Source of the DNA: an uncultured virus (IMG/VR IMGVR_UViG_3300025124_000003)
Taxonomy: Duplodnaviria > Heunggongvirae > Uroviricota > Caudoviricetes
Strand: one strand, 5' to 3'
Length of the DNA: 64,000 nt
Virus record (IMG/VR): IMGVR_UViG_3300025124_000003
A model generated the notes under the pieces. The model was not told the origin of the DNA and did not search any database. It saw only the letters and a list, made by a program, of their open reading frames with translations. Of the stretch, positions 27,820 to 38,012 are shown one piece after another. The translations under genes were made by a program, and so were the position numbers. The number at the start of each line of letters is the position of its first letter. Within the stretch, counting starts at the first letter, position 1.

Positions 27820-29450
27820 ATAAACACATGTATATACAATTCTGACAGGTTCCCATGGAAAAAAAATTTTATACACAAAATTTAGGGTATGACCATTCAG
27901 GATGCGATTTACTTTTCAAAAAGGGATTTTGTATATACGTAGATTGGGACATATAAAAACTTAAAAATTACATAAGTAAAGAGTATAGCAATTACCTCCC
28001 CTACCCCTTGACGAGTTGACCGATTGGTTTTTCATATATAATATATATATTCATATATAATTTTACAGGGGATAAGAGGAGTTATTTTGCGTCACAGTGT
28101 TTCATATTAATGGAATATTTTTAATGAATTGACACATTTTTGTATAGGTTATTGTGTCATAGCATTGTTTGTGCCAGAATACAAAAAAATAACCCTTTTC
28201 CTTTGAAATTTATTATTTGACTACACAGACACTCTGTGTTATACTGAAAATGGCGTTTATGCTATACCATATAGAGTATATTTTATCATTCATCTACCCC
28301 ATACCATATCAAGTAATCAAATCAATAGTTATCAACATATATGAAAACCGATATAATGTCGATTATCCAGTATTTTTTCATACTTTCAAGTGGCTAATTT
28401 ACAAGAGGAAAAAAATTATTATAATTTTCTTAATGACCGATAACTAGTATTATGTAAACTAGACAGTTCCTGTTGTGGATAAAATTTGGTATGGTTTATG
28501 CCCTAATAAAGAAATACATCACATATGGTACAAGAAAACGGGTTGTCAGTCCCATTTTATTATATAAATTTTGAAAAAATCAAACACTATATATAGTGGT
28601 GGGTCATTTTAATAAAAATGGGTGTTCTGTCTAGGCCAAAAGTGTCATTCAGGTCAGTAAAAATCAGTGTATATGGAAAATCATATGTGTTGAGCCATGA
28701 TTCATTCACACCACTATATATAGTGGTATTCAGATGAAAAATTAAACCTCTTTATAACTTTTCATTAAAAATCCCCTCATGTCGAGTGTTTTAGGCTGTA
28801 GAACGGGAGTTTGGTCTGGGAGTGAACCTATTTTAATGAATCGTTTTCCTCTATTGACCTAAAACATGCGGTCAGGTGGGACTTTGTACCAGACAACCCC
28901 CAGAAAATTACTGAACATTTATTTTAACGCAAAATGTAGAGGGTGATTATACTTCCAAGGAATTAGTACACACTTCTTTCCCTTATAAACAAAGGGTTTT
29001 TTGTTTCTTTATCTATTTTTACCTTTTTTCGCACCTTTATTTTCCTTATATTTTATAAGAATTTCTTCTATTTTTATTTTTAAATGACTACACTTAAAAG
29101 CGGTCTAAATTCATCTGATCCGAACGGTCATGGTCTATTATGGTATTGAATCATCTTTTATTATACCTAATTATACTCCTGTATGGTATACCTTCTATTG
29201 ACTATATCAGGGCATTAAAAACCCCCTTATATTTCAAGGGGTTATTGTTATCCATTTATTAGAGGATATTAGTGTTAAATGGTGGTGAAAAGTGTTAAAG
29301 ACTTGGTTCAATGACTATCATTCTGTTTTCATCATCAGTTATTCCATGATCCAAGATAAGATTTGAAGAGAATAGTTCCTCTGGTAAAAAATAAACCCTT
29401 TTCTGGTATTATTATCAGAAAAGGGTCGGCAGGTAAATAGATTTTTGTTT
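27820..29450. other. Long non-coding region, candidate replication origin or genome-end region
   Basis: No credible long ORF. C-tract/G-tract imperfect inverted repeat around an AT-rich core (about 27990-28086), a DnaA-box match TGTGGATAA at 28474-28482, and two CACTATATATAGTG palindromes. Confidence 0.5.
28583..28727. promoter_or_regulatory. Two NrdR-box-like palindromes (28585-28598; 28710-28727)
   Basis: acactatatatagtgg and accactatatatagtggt fit the acaCwAtATaTwGtg consensus. Confidence 0.55.
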
Positions 29451-29458
29451 GGTTTATT

Positions 29459-29696
29459 TTATTTTAACTTTCCGTGTTCATTGTACTTGTAACTGTCTAT
29501 CGTGACTCCGTTATCATTCATTATCCATATCTTGGTTGTTGGTATGTTGTCAAATGTGATAGTGGTAACATTGTCTTCATCGTGAATAATGGAAAAACTT
29601 TGTTGTTACATCATTCTCGACATAGGTGTAATTGGTGCATTGATACATTTTCTCTTCGTATTGGTCTTGTGATTGTTGCATTATTTTTATATACAT
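29459..29696 (-). pseudogene. Frameshifted small gene (MYIKIM...WIMNDNGVTIDSY)
   Basis: The two halves join by a 1-nt change in the homopolymer at 29593-29597. Confidence 0.55.
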
Positions 29697-29742
29697 ATCT
29701 TCCTACCTACCTCTTGGCTTTAATCTTTTTAATGGTTTCAAT

Positions 29743-30846
29743 TCATCCTTTAACATTAATTATTGGTTTGACGTAATATTTAACTGAGACTAATTCCTCT
29801 TGTTGTTTCATGACATCAAAAATATTTTTATAAGCAAAAGGGGATTCATCTAATGTACTATCATCTACGTTTGCTACAATACCTTTCATAGTTTCTGTGA
29901 AGTCATTTATATCTAATATCTTCTTTGCGACGTTTCGACCTAAAACTCGACCGGCACCATGGGAACTGGAGTATAGTGATTCAGGGTTACCTTTTCCGAC
30001 AACAATGAATGATCCGTCTCTCATGTTACCGGGAATGACTCCTTCCATGCCTGCTTCTGCATGGGTTGCGCCTTTTCTATGAATCCACAGACCGTCTTTT
30101 TCTTCTGCGTGGTTATGGTTTCTGTTTATAAAACAAGACCAGTCCAAACTCCCTTTACAGTATTCCTCTATAACATTGCTGACTTGATTTATAATTTTAA
30201 ATCGGTTTTCTAATGCGAATTCAAGAGCAAAATTTAAATCAATGATGTAGTCTTTTCCGTTTGGAGAATTAACATCCAATCCATAGGATCCTTCACGGGC
30301 TTTACCTCCACCTGCAATTTTCATGTAATGGGTAGCTATGGCATGACCGATACCACGAGATCCTGAGTGAACAATGATCCATATGACTCCATTTTCGTCT
30401 GAACCGATTTCAATGAAATGGTTGCCGCCGCCAAGGGTTCCGAGTTGTCTCCAACCAATACCGTTTTTGTAATTAAAAATATTGATAGCGGTTTCAGTTT
30501 TTTCGATAGTGCTATATCGATCCCATGTCTGGTGTGTATCATGATGATTAAATCCAACAGGTATAGCTTCTTGAATTCTAGCCCATATCGCTTGAGCGTT
30601 TTGATATATATCGGAAAGGGTGAATGAAGTAGGGATTGCGCACATACCGCAACCGATATCATATCCAACCCAAGAAGGAACAATGACGTTTTTTGTGGCG
30701 ACAACGGCTCCTATAGGCAAAGAGTATCCTTTATGGGCATCAGGCATCAATGCACCTTTAACGACAAACTTTTGTTCCATTGCTTGATGGAATTGATCCA
30801 ATGCATCTTGTTCTATTAATTCTGCGAATATCTTATAAGGTTTCAT
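29743..30846 (-). CDS. rtcB: RtcB RNA ligase
   Basis: MPDAH, GYDIGCG, GTLGGGNHFIE, HSGSRG, NHNHA, HRKGAT, SSSHGAGR, DESP.AYK. Confidence 0.96.
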   Translation of the reverse strand: MKPYKIFAELIEQDALDQFHQAMEQKFVVKGALMPDAHKGYSLPIGAVVATKNVIVPSWVGYDIGCGMCAIPTSFTLSDIYQNAQAIWARIQEAIPVGFNHHDTHQTWDRYSTIEKTETAINIFNYKNGIGWRQLGTLGGGNHFIEIGSDENGVIWIIVHSGSRGIGHAIATHYMKIAGGGKAREGSYGLDVNSPNGKDYIIDLNFALEFALENRFKIINQVSNVIEEYCKGSLDWSCFINRNHNHAEEKDGLWIHRKGATHAEAGMEGVIPGNMRDGSFIVVGKGNPESLYSSSHGAGRVLGRNVAKKILDINDFTETMKGIVANVDDSTLDESPFAYKNIFDVMKQQEELVSVKYYVKPIINVKG

Positions 30847-30875
30847 TATTTTTTTTTCTCTCCAAACGATCATCT

Positions 30876-31214
30876 CTATTTTTCTAATACATAGGGTTTA
30901 ATGTATGTCCCGACTTGGATTTTACGATAGTATGCGACATCATGATAGTCAATCATTGGGTCACTGTTATCATAGTATCCAATGCTCATGGCTTGACGCA
31001 ATTCTTCAAAAATTCTTTAATCTTGCCTTCATAGTGACGATCAATCCAAAAAATATTCGGGGACTCTTTGAGATCAAGGCGACCTTTATACAGGGTAACG
31101 ACCAAAGTCGAATGGTTTCTAACAGAAATGCTACCTTTAACACCATATTTTTTTAAGTACCGCTTTGATACCGGGTGCCATTTTAGCTTTTAGTTCCTGA
31201 CTCATATAAGCCAT
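30876..31214 (-). pseudogene. Multiply frameshifted early phage gene (MAYMSQE..KAVLKKYGVKGSISVRNHSTL..)
   Basis: Coherent protein fragments across frames; first break at the homopolymer 31148-31154; own TTGACA promoter. Confidence 0.6.
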
Positions 31215-31294
31215 GATTTTATATCCTTTCAAAAAGTGGTGATCACTCCGCGACCACATCTATATACTATCATATCCACGGATAGTGTCAACTG

Positions 31295-31762
31295 TTATTT
31301 TGCAGGGACAACCTCGTAAATATTATTAACGCGATATTTCCGCCCAAAAGTCCAATCGTGGTTCACACCATCGATGACTGCGGCAACATGACCCCGACAA
31401 TGAAGGATATAATTCTTACCATCTTTCCATGCCTTATTGAATAGTTCGGGGTGATTCGTGGTGATACTCTTGAGTTTGCGACCCGCAGCAGGATACTTTT
31501 CCTTGATAGTCTCGAGAGGGATATTTTTCATCTTGAAACCAAGGTCAAGACAAGCATTTTGCATTTGACTCAGGGTAGCGCATTTACCATCACCACGACC
31601 CCCTTTTTTCAACGTTTCATGTACCTTTTTATAAGGAATACCAGTGGTGATTGCGATAGCTTTCACAGTACAGTCATTATCTTCACCGAGAGATTTAGAA
31701 TCAGCACACATGGAAAGGAAAATATCAGTTTTAGCTCTGAATTTTTTCAAGGGAAACTCCAA
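31295..31762 (-). CDS. Phage protein with a possible Cys-His-Asp peptidase-like triad
   Basis: NDCTVKAIA...GHVAAVIDG..HDW. Confidence 0.55.
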   Translation of the reverse strand: MEFPLKKFRAKTDIFLSMCADSKSLGEDNDCTVKAIAITTGIPYKKVHETLKKGGRGDGKCATLSQMQNACLDLGFKMKNIPLETIKEKYPAAGRKLKSITTNHPELFNKAWKDGKNYILHCRGHVAAVIDGVNHDWTFGRKYRVNNIYEVVPAK

Positions 31763-31826
31763 TGCAGAAGGGGGTTAACGGTGACTACATAAAGATAGTA
31801 CCACTAACCCCGTTTACAGTCAAGAG

Positions 31827-31976
31827 TTATTTGTTGTAGGTACAATGACCAAGTTCGATTAATTGGGATGCTGTATGACCAAACCAACCTTGGAGTTGCC
31901 ATGCACTAAAATATCCTTCTTCGGTATCAACTGGCTCAACGCCTTCTGCAATCATTGTTGCGGTAAAAGTATCCAT
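31827..31976 (-). CDS. 49-aa early protein (..AWQLQGWFG..), possibly internally deleted
   Basis: Read manually; AGGAG SD. Confidence 0.5.
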   Translation of the reverse strand: MDTFTATMIAEGVEPVDTEEGYFSAWQLQGWFGHTASQLIELGHCTYNK

Positions 31977-31987
31977 AATCTATCTCC

Positions 31988-32273
31988 TTAACAATAAATG
32001 TTGGGTTCACACAAACCATTCTTCTTTGCGTATACATTCAGGTCTTTGACCACGTTCATCAGTTTGTTGTATTTACGTTGTGCTTGATTGCGTGAAATTT
32101 CACCATCACAGTGCAGATTCTCAGGGGAAAGTTCATTGGAAAGTTTATTACCCAGCACGTTAACGTCTTCTTGTGACAGGGGAAATTTGATACTATTTTT
32201 CAGGTTTACCAATAACCTCATACCAAAGGTTATGGTGGTCAACATAGTCTTGGAAACGTTTATTGATTTTCAT
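31988..32273 (-). pseudogene. Frameshifted gene (MKINKRFQDY...ELSPENLHCDGE)
   Basis: An extra base in the run at 32196-32200 separates the ATG half from the LSPENL.CDGE half. Confidence 0.6.
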
Positions 32274-32467
32274 TACACAAGTCCTTTCAGGTAACGTTGA
32301 GAGAGTGCTGCGGCAGGTTCACCACAGAATCGTGCAGGGGCAATAATACCCTTGTTACGCATCTGGTCAAGAACGGGGATTTCCTCTTTTTCAAAACGAC
32401 ATACCAAAAGTTTGTTATTATTGGTGTTTTTGATTTTTGTGATGATGTTCATTTCGATTTGGTTCAT
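32273..32467 (-). CDS. Hypothetical early protein
   Basis: GAGG SD, TTGACT promoter. Confidence 0.5.
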   Translation of the reverse strand: MNQIEMNIITKIKNTNNNKLLVCRFEKEEIPVLDQMRNKGIIAPARFCGEPAAALSQRYLKGLV

Positions 32468-32532
32468 AGTGTCCTCACAAAGAAGGGTTAACGTCAATCA
32501 CAACTACAGATTAACATCGATCCCGTTTATAG

Positions 32533-32916
32533 TCAAGGATTTTCAGCAAGAATTATTTTCGTGGGCGGGTTATCTGCTTTGCGTTCGTTGCATGGTCTAC
32601 ACGCAACTACAAGATTCGATTCATCAAATTCCGCGCCCCCCCTTGCACGTGGCATAACATGGTCAAGAGTTGCTTGGTTGCGAGGTTCAACACCCTCCGT
32701 AACCTTCTGTAGATTGTCACGTCCACAGTAATGACAGGTGAGTGTACCGCGTTCTTTTTCCCATTGAGACAGAAGTGACATACGAAAGTCAAGCCATACT
32801 TCACATGGCTCACGACTGTCAACCATTGGGTCACTAAGATACTGAAATCTCAATGCTAAAAGGGAAGCACGTGATTGTGGTTCCCTTGGTTCGTATGTCA
32901 ATTTCTTCCGCTTCAT
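32533..32916 (-). CDS. HNH endonuclease
   Basis: CHYCG...ATLDHVMPRARGG...NLVVACRPCNERK. Confidence 0.92.
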   Translation of the reverse strand: MKRKKLTYEPREPQSRASLLALRFQYLSDPMVDSREPCEVWLDFRMSLLSQWEKERGTLTCHYCGRDNLQKVTEGVEPRNQATLDHVMPRARGGAEFDESNLVVACRPCNERKADNPPTKIILAENP

Positions 32917-33099
32917 ATCTCAAATAAATCTTCTAAAAATATGATCATTCTAATAAGGTTTAATCATCCGGGTGACAGTCAACATTCAATTCATTGGGTT
33001 TATATTGTTCCGAATATTCCCTCATTTAATTATCATATCACAGTCACTATCGTATATCAAGTTTTCATAAATATTTACATAACTCTCAGGAGATTTTTT

Positions 33100-33753
33100 A
33101 TGGAAAAATTCAGGTGGACGAGATTTTTTATTTACTTAATAGTTGGATTCATTATTTTAGGTATATGGGGATACACCAACTATATCAATTATGTCCAAGT
33201 AGAGCAAGCTACTTATGCACAGATCAAGCTGAATAACAATTTAATTGATACCGCAGTTGAAGATATCGAGACCAAGCAAATGGAGTTGAGACAAGTACAA
33301 CGTGCGTATCGTGATGAATCATTAGCTATGATAGTTGAACCGTCACGATTACCGGCTTCGCCACCAATTGCCGCATCACCATATCCCATAGATAGTGATA
33401 GTGATAGTGATAATGTCCCGGATACCTATGATAAATGCCCAAATACTCCACTTAATATGGTTGTTCGTGAGGATGGATGTCCTGAACCTTCATCAGTCAC
33501 ACCGGTTCCTGTAGAACCTATTGTCGATAAGTTACAAAATCGCATTGATGAATTAGAAAAGGAAAAACAAGCATATCTGTCAGAGAAGGGGCATATTGCC
33601 AAAGAAATCGAAGATGTTATGACATTGTTCAAAATTGATGCCAAAAACCCTTTTATAAATATAGTATTATTACCTATGTTCGCGTATTTTTTTAAGAAAT
33701 TGATTGATTTTGGCTTTAAACGGTTGGAGGAGAAATTTTATCATGAGACTTGA
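33100..33753 (+). CDS. Membrane protein with a thrombospondin type-3-like Ca-binding repeat
   Basis: ATG 33100 after AGGAG and CATAAATA; N- and C-terminal hydrophobic helices; DSDSDNVPDTYDKCPNTP...DGCP. Confidence 0.7.
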   Translation: MEKFRWTRFFIYLIVGFIILGIWGYTNYINYVQVEQATYAQIKLNNNLIDTAVEDIETKQMELRQVQRAYRDESLAMIVEPSRLPASPPIAASPYPIDSDSDSDNVPDTYDKCPNTPLNMVVREDGCPEPSSVTPVPVEPIVDKLQNRIDELEKEKQAYLSEKGHIAKEIEDVMTLFKIDAKNPFINIVLLPMFAYFFKKLIDFGFKRLEEKFYHET

Positions 33754-34429
33754 ACATTATTTGACCGAGGGGTATCAGAGTAGAGATATTAAAAATGTAT
33801 CAGACCTAATTGATGTTTGTGAAATGATCAAGAAAGACTGCGCTCCGTGGTTAAAGGAATTTAATGTATCCGGTAGCCGTTTTTTCCGGGGGACAAATAT
33901 TAATACACATGCAGTTATGTATCGTACAGCAAGACAGGACAGAAGACCGAAGGATTCCGAGTTGTTGATGCATTATTTTCTCGATGAATGGAGTAAGAAA
34001 AAATGGGGGTGGAAATGGCGTTCAGAGGGGGTATACACATCAACAGACTATCGTAATTCGCTTAAATATGGGAATAAATCGTTTCTATTCTTTCCAGTCG
34101 GAGCATACAGTTATCTCTACAACAAAGATGTGATTGATATAGCTGATTTTTCTATCACATATGAATGGATAAAAAAATACAAAGAAGGCGACACGTCTGA
34201 TAAATTTGCGTATAATAAAGGCAAATCGTATATTGAGGAATTTTTACCAAAATATACAGATAAAGGGCTGAAAAAATATCAGAACGTCAACGGTCACCAC
34301 TATGTCATAGAAGTCGTATGGAAGTGTAGCGGATATTATTTGATCGACGTGGATTATCATAAATATATTAAGGAATATTTTTTAACCGGAAAAATAAAAG
34401 ATGGCACTCTTTATATATCGAGGTCGTAA
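33743..34429 (+). CDS. ADP-ribosyltransferase-like paralog A1 with head-targeting leader
   Basis: MRLEHYLTE; FFRG, RSEGVYTST, YG, FFP, IEVVWKC..YYL. Confidence 0.6.
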   Translation: MRLEHYLTEGYQSRDIKNVSDLIDVCEMIKKDCAPWLKEFNVSGSRFFRGTNINTHAVMYRTARQDRRPKDSELLMHYFLDEWSKKKWGWKWRSEGVYTSTDYRNSLKYGNKSFLFFPVGAYSYLYNKDVIDIADFSITYEWIKKYKEGDTSDKFAYNKGKSYIEEFLPKYTDKGLKKYQNVNGHHYVIEVVWKCSGYYLIDVDYHKYIKEYFLTGKIKDGTLYISRS

Positions 34430-34802
34430 TGAAACTGTATAAAATGAAGAAGAACCAACAAAGCGCGAACTGGAAATGGATGATATCATTGATGTCCTCA
34501 AAAGGGATTGTCAACCATTCATTAAAGAGTTTGGAGTACAACCATATAACCCCGTATATCGTGGCACACAAAAAGAGATGAGTGATTATATCCTAAAAGT
34601 CAGGTCGAGACGAAAAATGGTTCCTAAAGACACTCCGAAACATTTACATGATCTCATGGATGAGTTGTTTTTTAAATATCATGGGTGGAAAGCAGAGTCA
34701 TCCCATGAGGCCATGTTCAAATGTTATGAATATTATATCGTATCATTCGAAAATAATGCATTTGATACGAAATTCTTACAAAGGCTTAAGAAATCATTAT
34801 GA
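34429..34802 (+). pseudogene. Internally deleted ART-like paralog A2
   Basis: Leader MKLYK is out of frame with NEEE...; VYRG, PKDT and HGWK jump directly to HEAMFKC.EYY, lacking the roughly 100-aa core. Confidence 0.6.
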
Positions 34803-35632
34803 AATTAGAACATTACTTAAATGAAGGCAGGAGCAAAAGTATTAACCTTGATAAGGGTCTTGAGATTATATCCAAAAGATGCATGAAGGCTTATAATAGA
34901 TCACTTAAAAATAATCTTATCTTTCGTGGTGTACTTGGTAAAGGTACTGTTATGGAGATTGATCCTAAGCAGAACAGAAAAAGAGAATCCAGAAACACCT
35001 TTAATTATTATACCCTTTTCATGGACAATGGAGGTACTTTCTCGGGATATCCCAAAAGAAGTGAAAGTGTTATATGTTCTACTGATATGGGTAAAGCTAT
35101 GTCTTATGGGAACAGACTTTATGTTGTTCTTCCAGAAGATGGGTCTACAGTGGGTGTTGTTAATTACGATGATATATTTTCTGTAAGTTATAAAAGTACC
35201 GGCGAAGATTTAGGTCAAATAAATGCGTTTGTTGATGATACTATTTGGTCATATATGGGTTATATAGAAGAAAAGAGTTATAATTATCCTACTATAGCCA
35301 GACCCTATGACGGATCTTGGTCAAAGCTTTCAACGATAAATGATATAATAGGGCGAATGAATACTGACCGTGACATAAGAAAAGATTTGTCAAAAATTTT
35401 ATCAAGTTACAGTCCGACGGATAATTTGATTGATATGTGGTTCGATAGCAAAGACCTTTTTGGATTTTATAAAACAGTCATGGAACCTGATAAAAATTTT
35501 CAATTAAAAAAGGTCGGTAATGCCATTCCCCGCAGAAAAGAGGTATGGACTGATGGTTACTGTATTTTAGTTGAATTGAGTCTATGGAATGATCCAAGTT
35601 TTAAAGATAAAATGGAAGCTTATATTCAATAA
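34799..35632 (+). CDS. ART-like paralog B1 with head-targeting leader
   Basis: MKLEHYLNE; IFRG, YPKRSESVICST, YG, KEVW. Confidence 0.6.
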   Translation: MKLEHYLNEGRSKSINLDKGLEIISKRCMKAYNRSLKNNLIFRGVLGKGTVMEIDPKQNRKRESRNTFNYYTLFMDNGGTFSGYPKRSESVICSTDMGKAMSYGNRLYVVLPEDGSTVGVVNYDDIFSVSYKSTGEDLGQINAFVDDTIWSYMGYIEEKSYNYPTIARPYDGSWSKLSTINDIIGRMNTDRDIRKDLSKILSSYSPTDNLIDMWFDSKDLFGFYKTVMEPDKNFQLKKVGNAIPRRKEVWTDGYCILVELSLWNDPSFKDKMEAYIQ

Positions 35633-35650
35633 AAACAAAGGAGATTTGAT

Positions 35651-36487
35651 ATGGGTAGCACTGTACAATCAAGACATAATGATTATCTGGAAAAAGTTAA
35701 AGAAATGAAACACATCAAGAAGCTTGAAGACGAAAAACTCAATTCAATTGTAAATGAGATGCGAGTTGACGGAAGTATATTATTGAAGGGTCATGTTATT
35801 ACGAGTGACGCTAGACTTGATCGTATAGTCCAGTTCGATGAACGTAGTCGTGGATATGGTATAAGGTCGACAGTCAGTACCAAGAAGAGACGTTCCTATA
35901 CATGGAGATGCGATGCTCAACTGGATCAGGGACCTGATGGAGCCTGTGTTGGTTTTGGTATTGCCCATGAATTGATCGCCAGACCAGCAGAAGTCAGAGG
36001 TATCACGGAACGATATGCCAAAGAAAAAATATATTGGGAAGCACAGAAAATCGATGAATGGAATGGTGGGTCATATCCCGGAGGATTCCCGTTTTATGAA
36101 GGGACGAGTGTTTTGGCTGGAGCCAAGGTTGCGAAGAAACTCGGGTGGATAGAGGAGTATCGTTGGGCATTCGGATTGGAGGACTTGATATTGGGTGTTG
36201 GATATAACGGTCCAGCAGTAATTGGGATTAATTGGTATACCGGAATGTTCTATCCTGATTCTAATGGATATATCTATGCAAAAGGTGAAATAGCTGGTGG
36301 TCATTGTGTTTTAGTTAATTCTGTTAATGTATCCAAACAAAGATTCACTATACATAATTCATGGGGTAAGTCATGGGGGATGAATGGTGAGTGTTATATT
36401 ACCTTTGATGATATAGGGAGATTGTTGTATGAACAAGGAGAGGCTTGTTTTTTCTTGCATCGTCACAATTTACCGCAGATTGATTGA
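35651..36487 (+). CDS. Papain-like (C1-type) cysteine peptidase
   Basis: DQG..GACVGF, GGHCV, HNSWG.SWG.NG. Confidence 0.88.
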   Translation: MGSTVQSRHNDYLEKVKEMKHIKKLEDEKLNSIVNEMRVDGSILLKGHVITSDARLDRIVQFDERSRGYGIRSTVSTKKRRSYTWRCDAQLDQGPDGACVGFGIAHELIARPAEVRGITERYAKEKIYWEAQKIDEWNGGSYPGGFPFYEGTSVLAGAKVAKKLGWIEEYRWAFGLEDLILGVGYNGPAVIGINWYTGMFYPDSNGYIYAKGEIAGGHCVLVNSVNVSKQRFTIHNSWGKSWGMNGECYITFDDIGRLLYEQGEACFFLHRHNLPQID

Positions 36488-36502
36488 TATTTAGGAGCTA
36501 CT

Positions 36503-37249
36503 ATGAGATTAGAAAATTTTTTAATAGAGGATTCTAAACGAACTAGTGGTCGAACCAAGCCGATCAGTCGTGAAGATGCGTTTGAATTCATTAAAAAGAG
36601 ATGCAGTAATTCACTGAGAATGTATACAGAGGGTCGTGGTTTATATAGAAGTTCCGAAAATTACACAAATGACTATGGTGTTGTTGAACCATCAAGATTC
36701 AAAAGAGATTCTCGATATACCTATAATTATTATACTGTTATGATGGATAATATGTCGTTATGGAACAAATATCCAAAGAGAAGTAAGTCAGTAATTGGTG
36801 CTTCAAGCCCCAGCAGGGTCGATCGTCACATAGGAAAAACTTATATAATGCTACCCATTGATGGTACTGATATTGGTGTATGTCCAGAGGATGATTTATG
36901 GGATTCCTTTAGTCCTTCGCTTGATACTTTCAATGAAGATCTTAAGTTTGCATTCGAAACGTATATAAAGGAATCACCTTCTGATAAATGGGGAACTTTA
37001 CTTAAACAATTTGAAAAAATGGATGAGGTATTAAGCTCGCCGCATAAAAATAAGCCAGTGTCCCGTTTTTTTAAGGAGTTTTACAATGGTAACATGTTAC
37101 AGGCGTGTACTGATTACCTTGATCCGGCAAAGAATGGGTTTGTTTTGCGAAAGGTTGGTGATGTATTACCGTTTAACAAGGAAGTGTGGTGGTCAACAAA
37201 GACGGTGATGGTTAGTTCTTCACAGGGAGAATATTTATATGAGATTTGA
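36503..37249 (+). CDS. ART-like paralog B2 with head-targeting leader
   Basis: MRLENFLIE; LYRS, NYYT.MDN, YPKRSKSVIGAS, KEVW. Confidence 0.6.
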   Translation: MRLENFLIEDSKRTSGRTKPISREDAFEFIKKRCSNSLRMYTEGRGLYRSSENYTNDYGVVEPSRFKRDSRYTYNYYTVMMDNMSLWNKYPKRSKSVIGASSPSRVDRHIGKTYIMLPIDGTDIGVCPEDDLWDSFSPSLDTFNEDLKFAFETYIKESPSDKWGTLLKQFEKMDEVLSSPHKNKPVSRFFKEFYNGNMLQACTDYLDPAKNGFVLRKVGDVLPFNKEVWWSTKTVMVSSSQGEYLYEI

Positions 37250-37982
37250 GCAGTATATAAATGAATCTGATGTTACATATGAACAATACATCCAAGGAAT
37301 AAACTATTACTTTGGTGTAGACGAGGGTCTTGTTGATTTAAAGGACAAGGCGGTCGGGTTTATTGTCAGGAAGTTTAAAGAGGCGGGCGAAATTCTCGAT
37401 CAGATGATATTTGATTTTGGTCTAAGTGCCGTAGAGATAATCAATGCTTTTAGTGAAAAGAATATGTTCAAGTTGCTTAAATCATTTGGGTTTTCATTAA
37501 AAGTTATTTTTAAGTCTGTCAATACTCTGACGATGTTTATTAGACAAGGATTGTTTGAGATATTCAGTGAATTATACAAAACCAAAATATATCAGAAGAT
37601 ACGACAGGGGACGATTAAGTTTGATGAGTTTGCCGAAAAGTATCCTCTACTTAAGAAAGTTACTGGATCGGTTGTTGCAGGGCTGTTATTTTTTATGTGG
37701 ACTCAGATGACATTTATAGGTAATTTGGATTATGATTTCGATTTCACAAATATAGCATTAGCATTGAAGGGTGCTTATAGTCTTGAGGACATTTTTGGAT
37801 CTCCTGACGGGCTGATGTTGATTGGTTTGTTTGCCACGGGATCTATTATTTCTGTTCCATGGTTGGGTAGAACAATATACAACCTTATGTTAGCCATATT
37901 TTATACTGGAATTAAACATACAGCAAAATCGGAATTACCTGCGGTCAGAAAAATACGAGAGAAAATCGCCGCATCCCAATAA
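37239..37982 (+). CDS. Head-targeting-tagged protein with C-terminal hydrophobic helices
   Basis: MRFEQYINE; VVAGLLFFMW, GLMLIGLFATG, LMLAIFY segments. Confidence 0.65.
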   Translation: MRFEQYINESDVTYEQYIQGINYYFGVDEGLVDLKDKAVGFIVRKFKEAGEILDQMIFDFGLSAVEIINAFSEKNMFKLLKSFGFSLKVIFKSVNTLTMFIRQGLFEIFSELYKTKIYQKIRQGTIKFDEFAEKYPLLKKVTGSVVAGLLFFMWTQMTFIGNLDYDFDFTNIALALKGAYSLEDIFGSPDGLMLIGLFATGSIISVPWLGRTIYNLMLAIFYTGIKHTAKSELPAVRKIREKIAASQ

Positions 37983-38012
37983 AATTAAGTTGAATTGTAG
38001 AGGGTATTTTTA

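Noticed and set aside
28217..29776. ORFs 28217-28447 and 29474-29776 (+)
   Set aside because: No SD and low-complexity composition; the second is antisense to a more plausible frameshifted minus-strand gene.
32533..32916. Intron-encoded homing endonuclease
   Set aside because: Free-standing short HNH; no interrupted host gene or intron core recognised around it.
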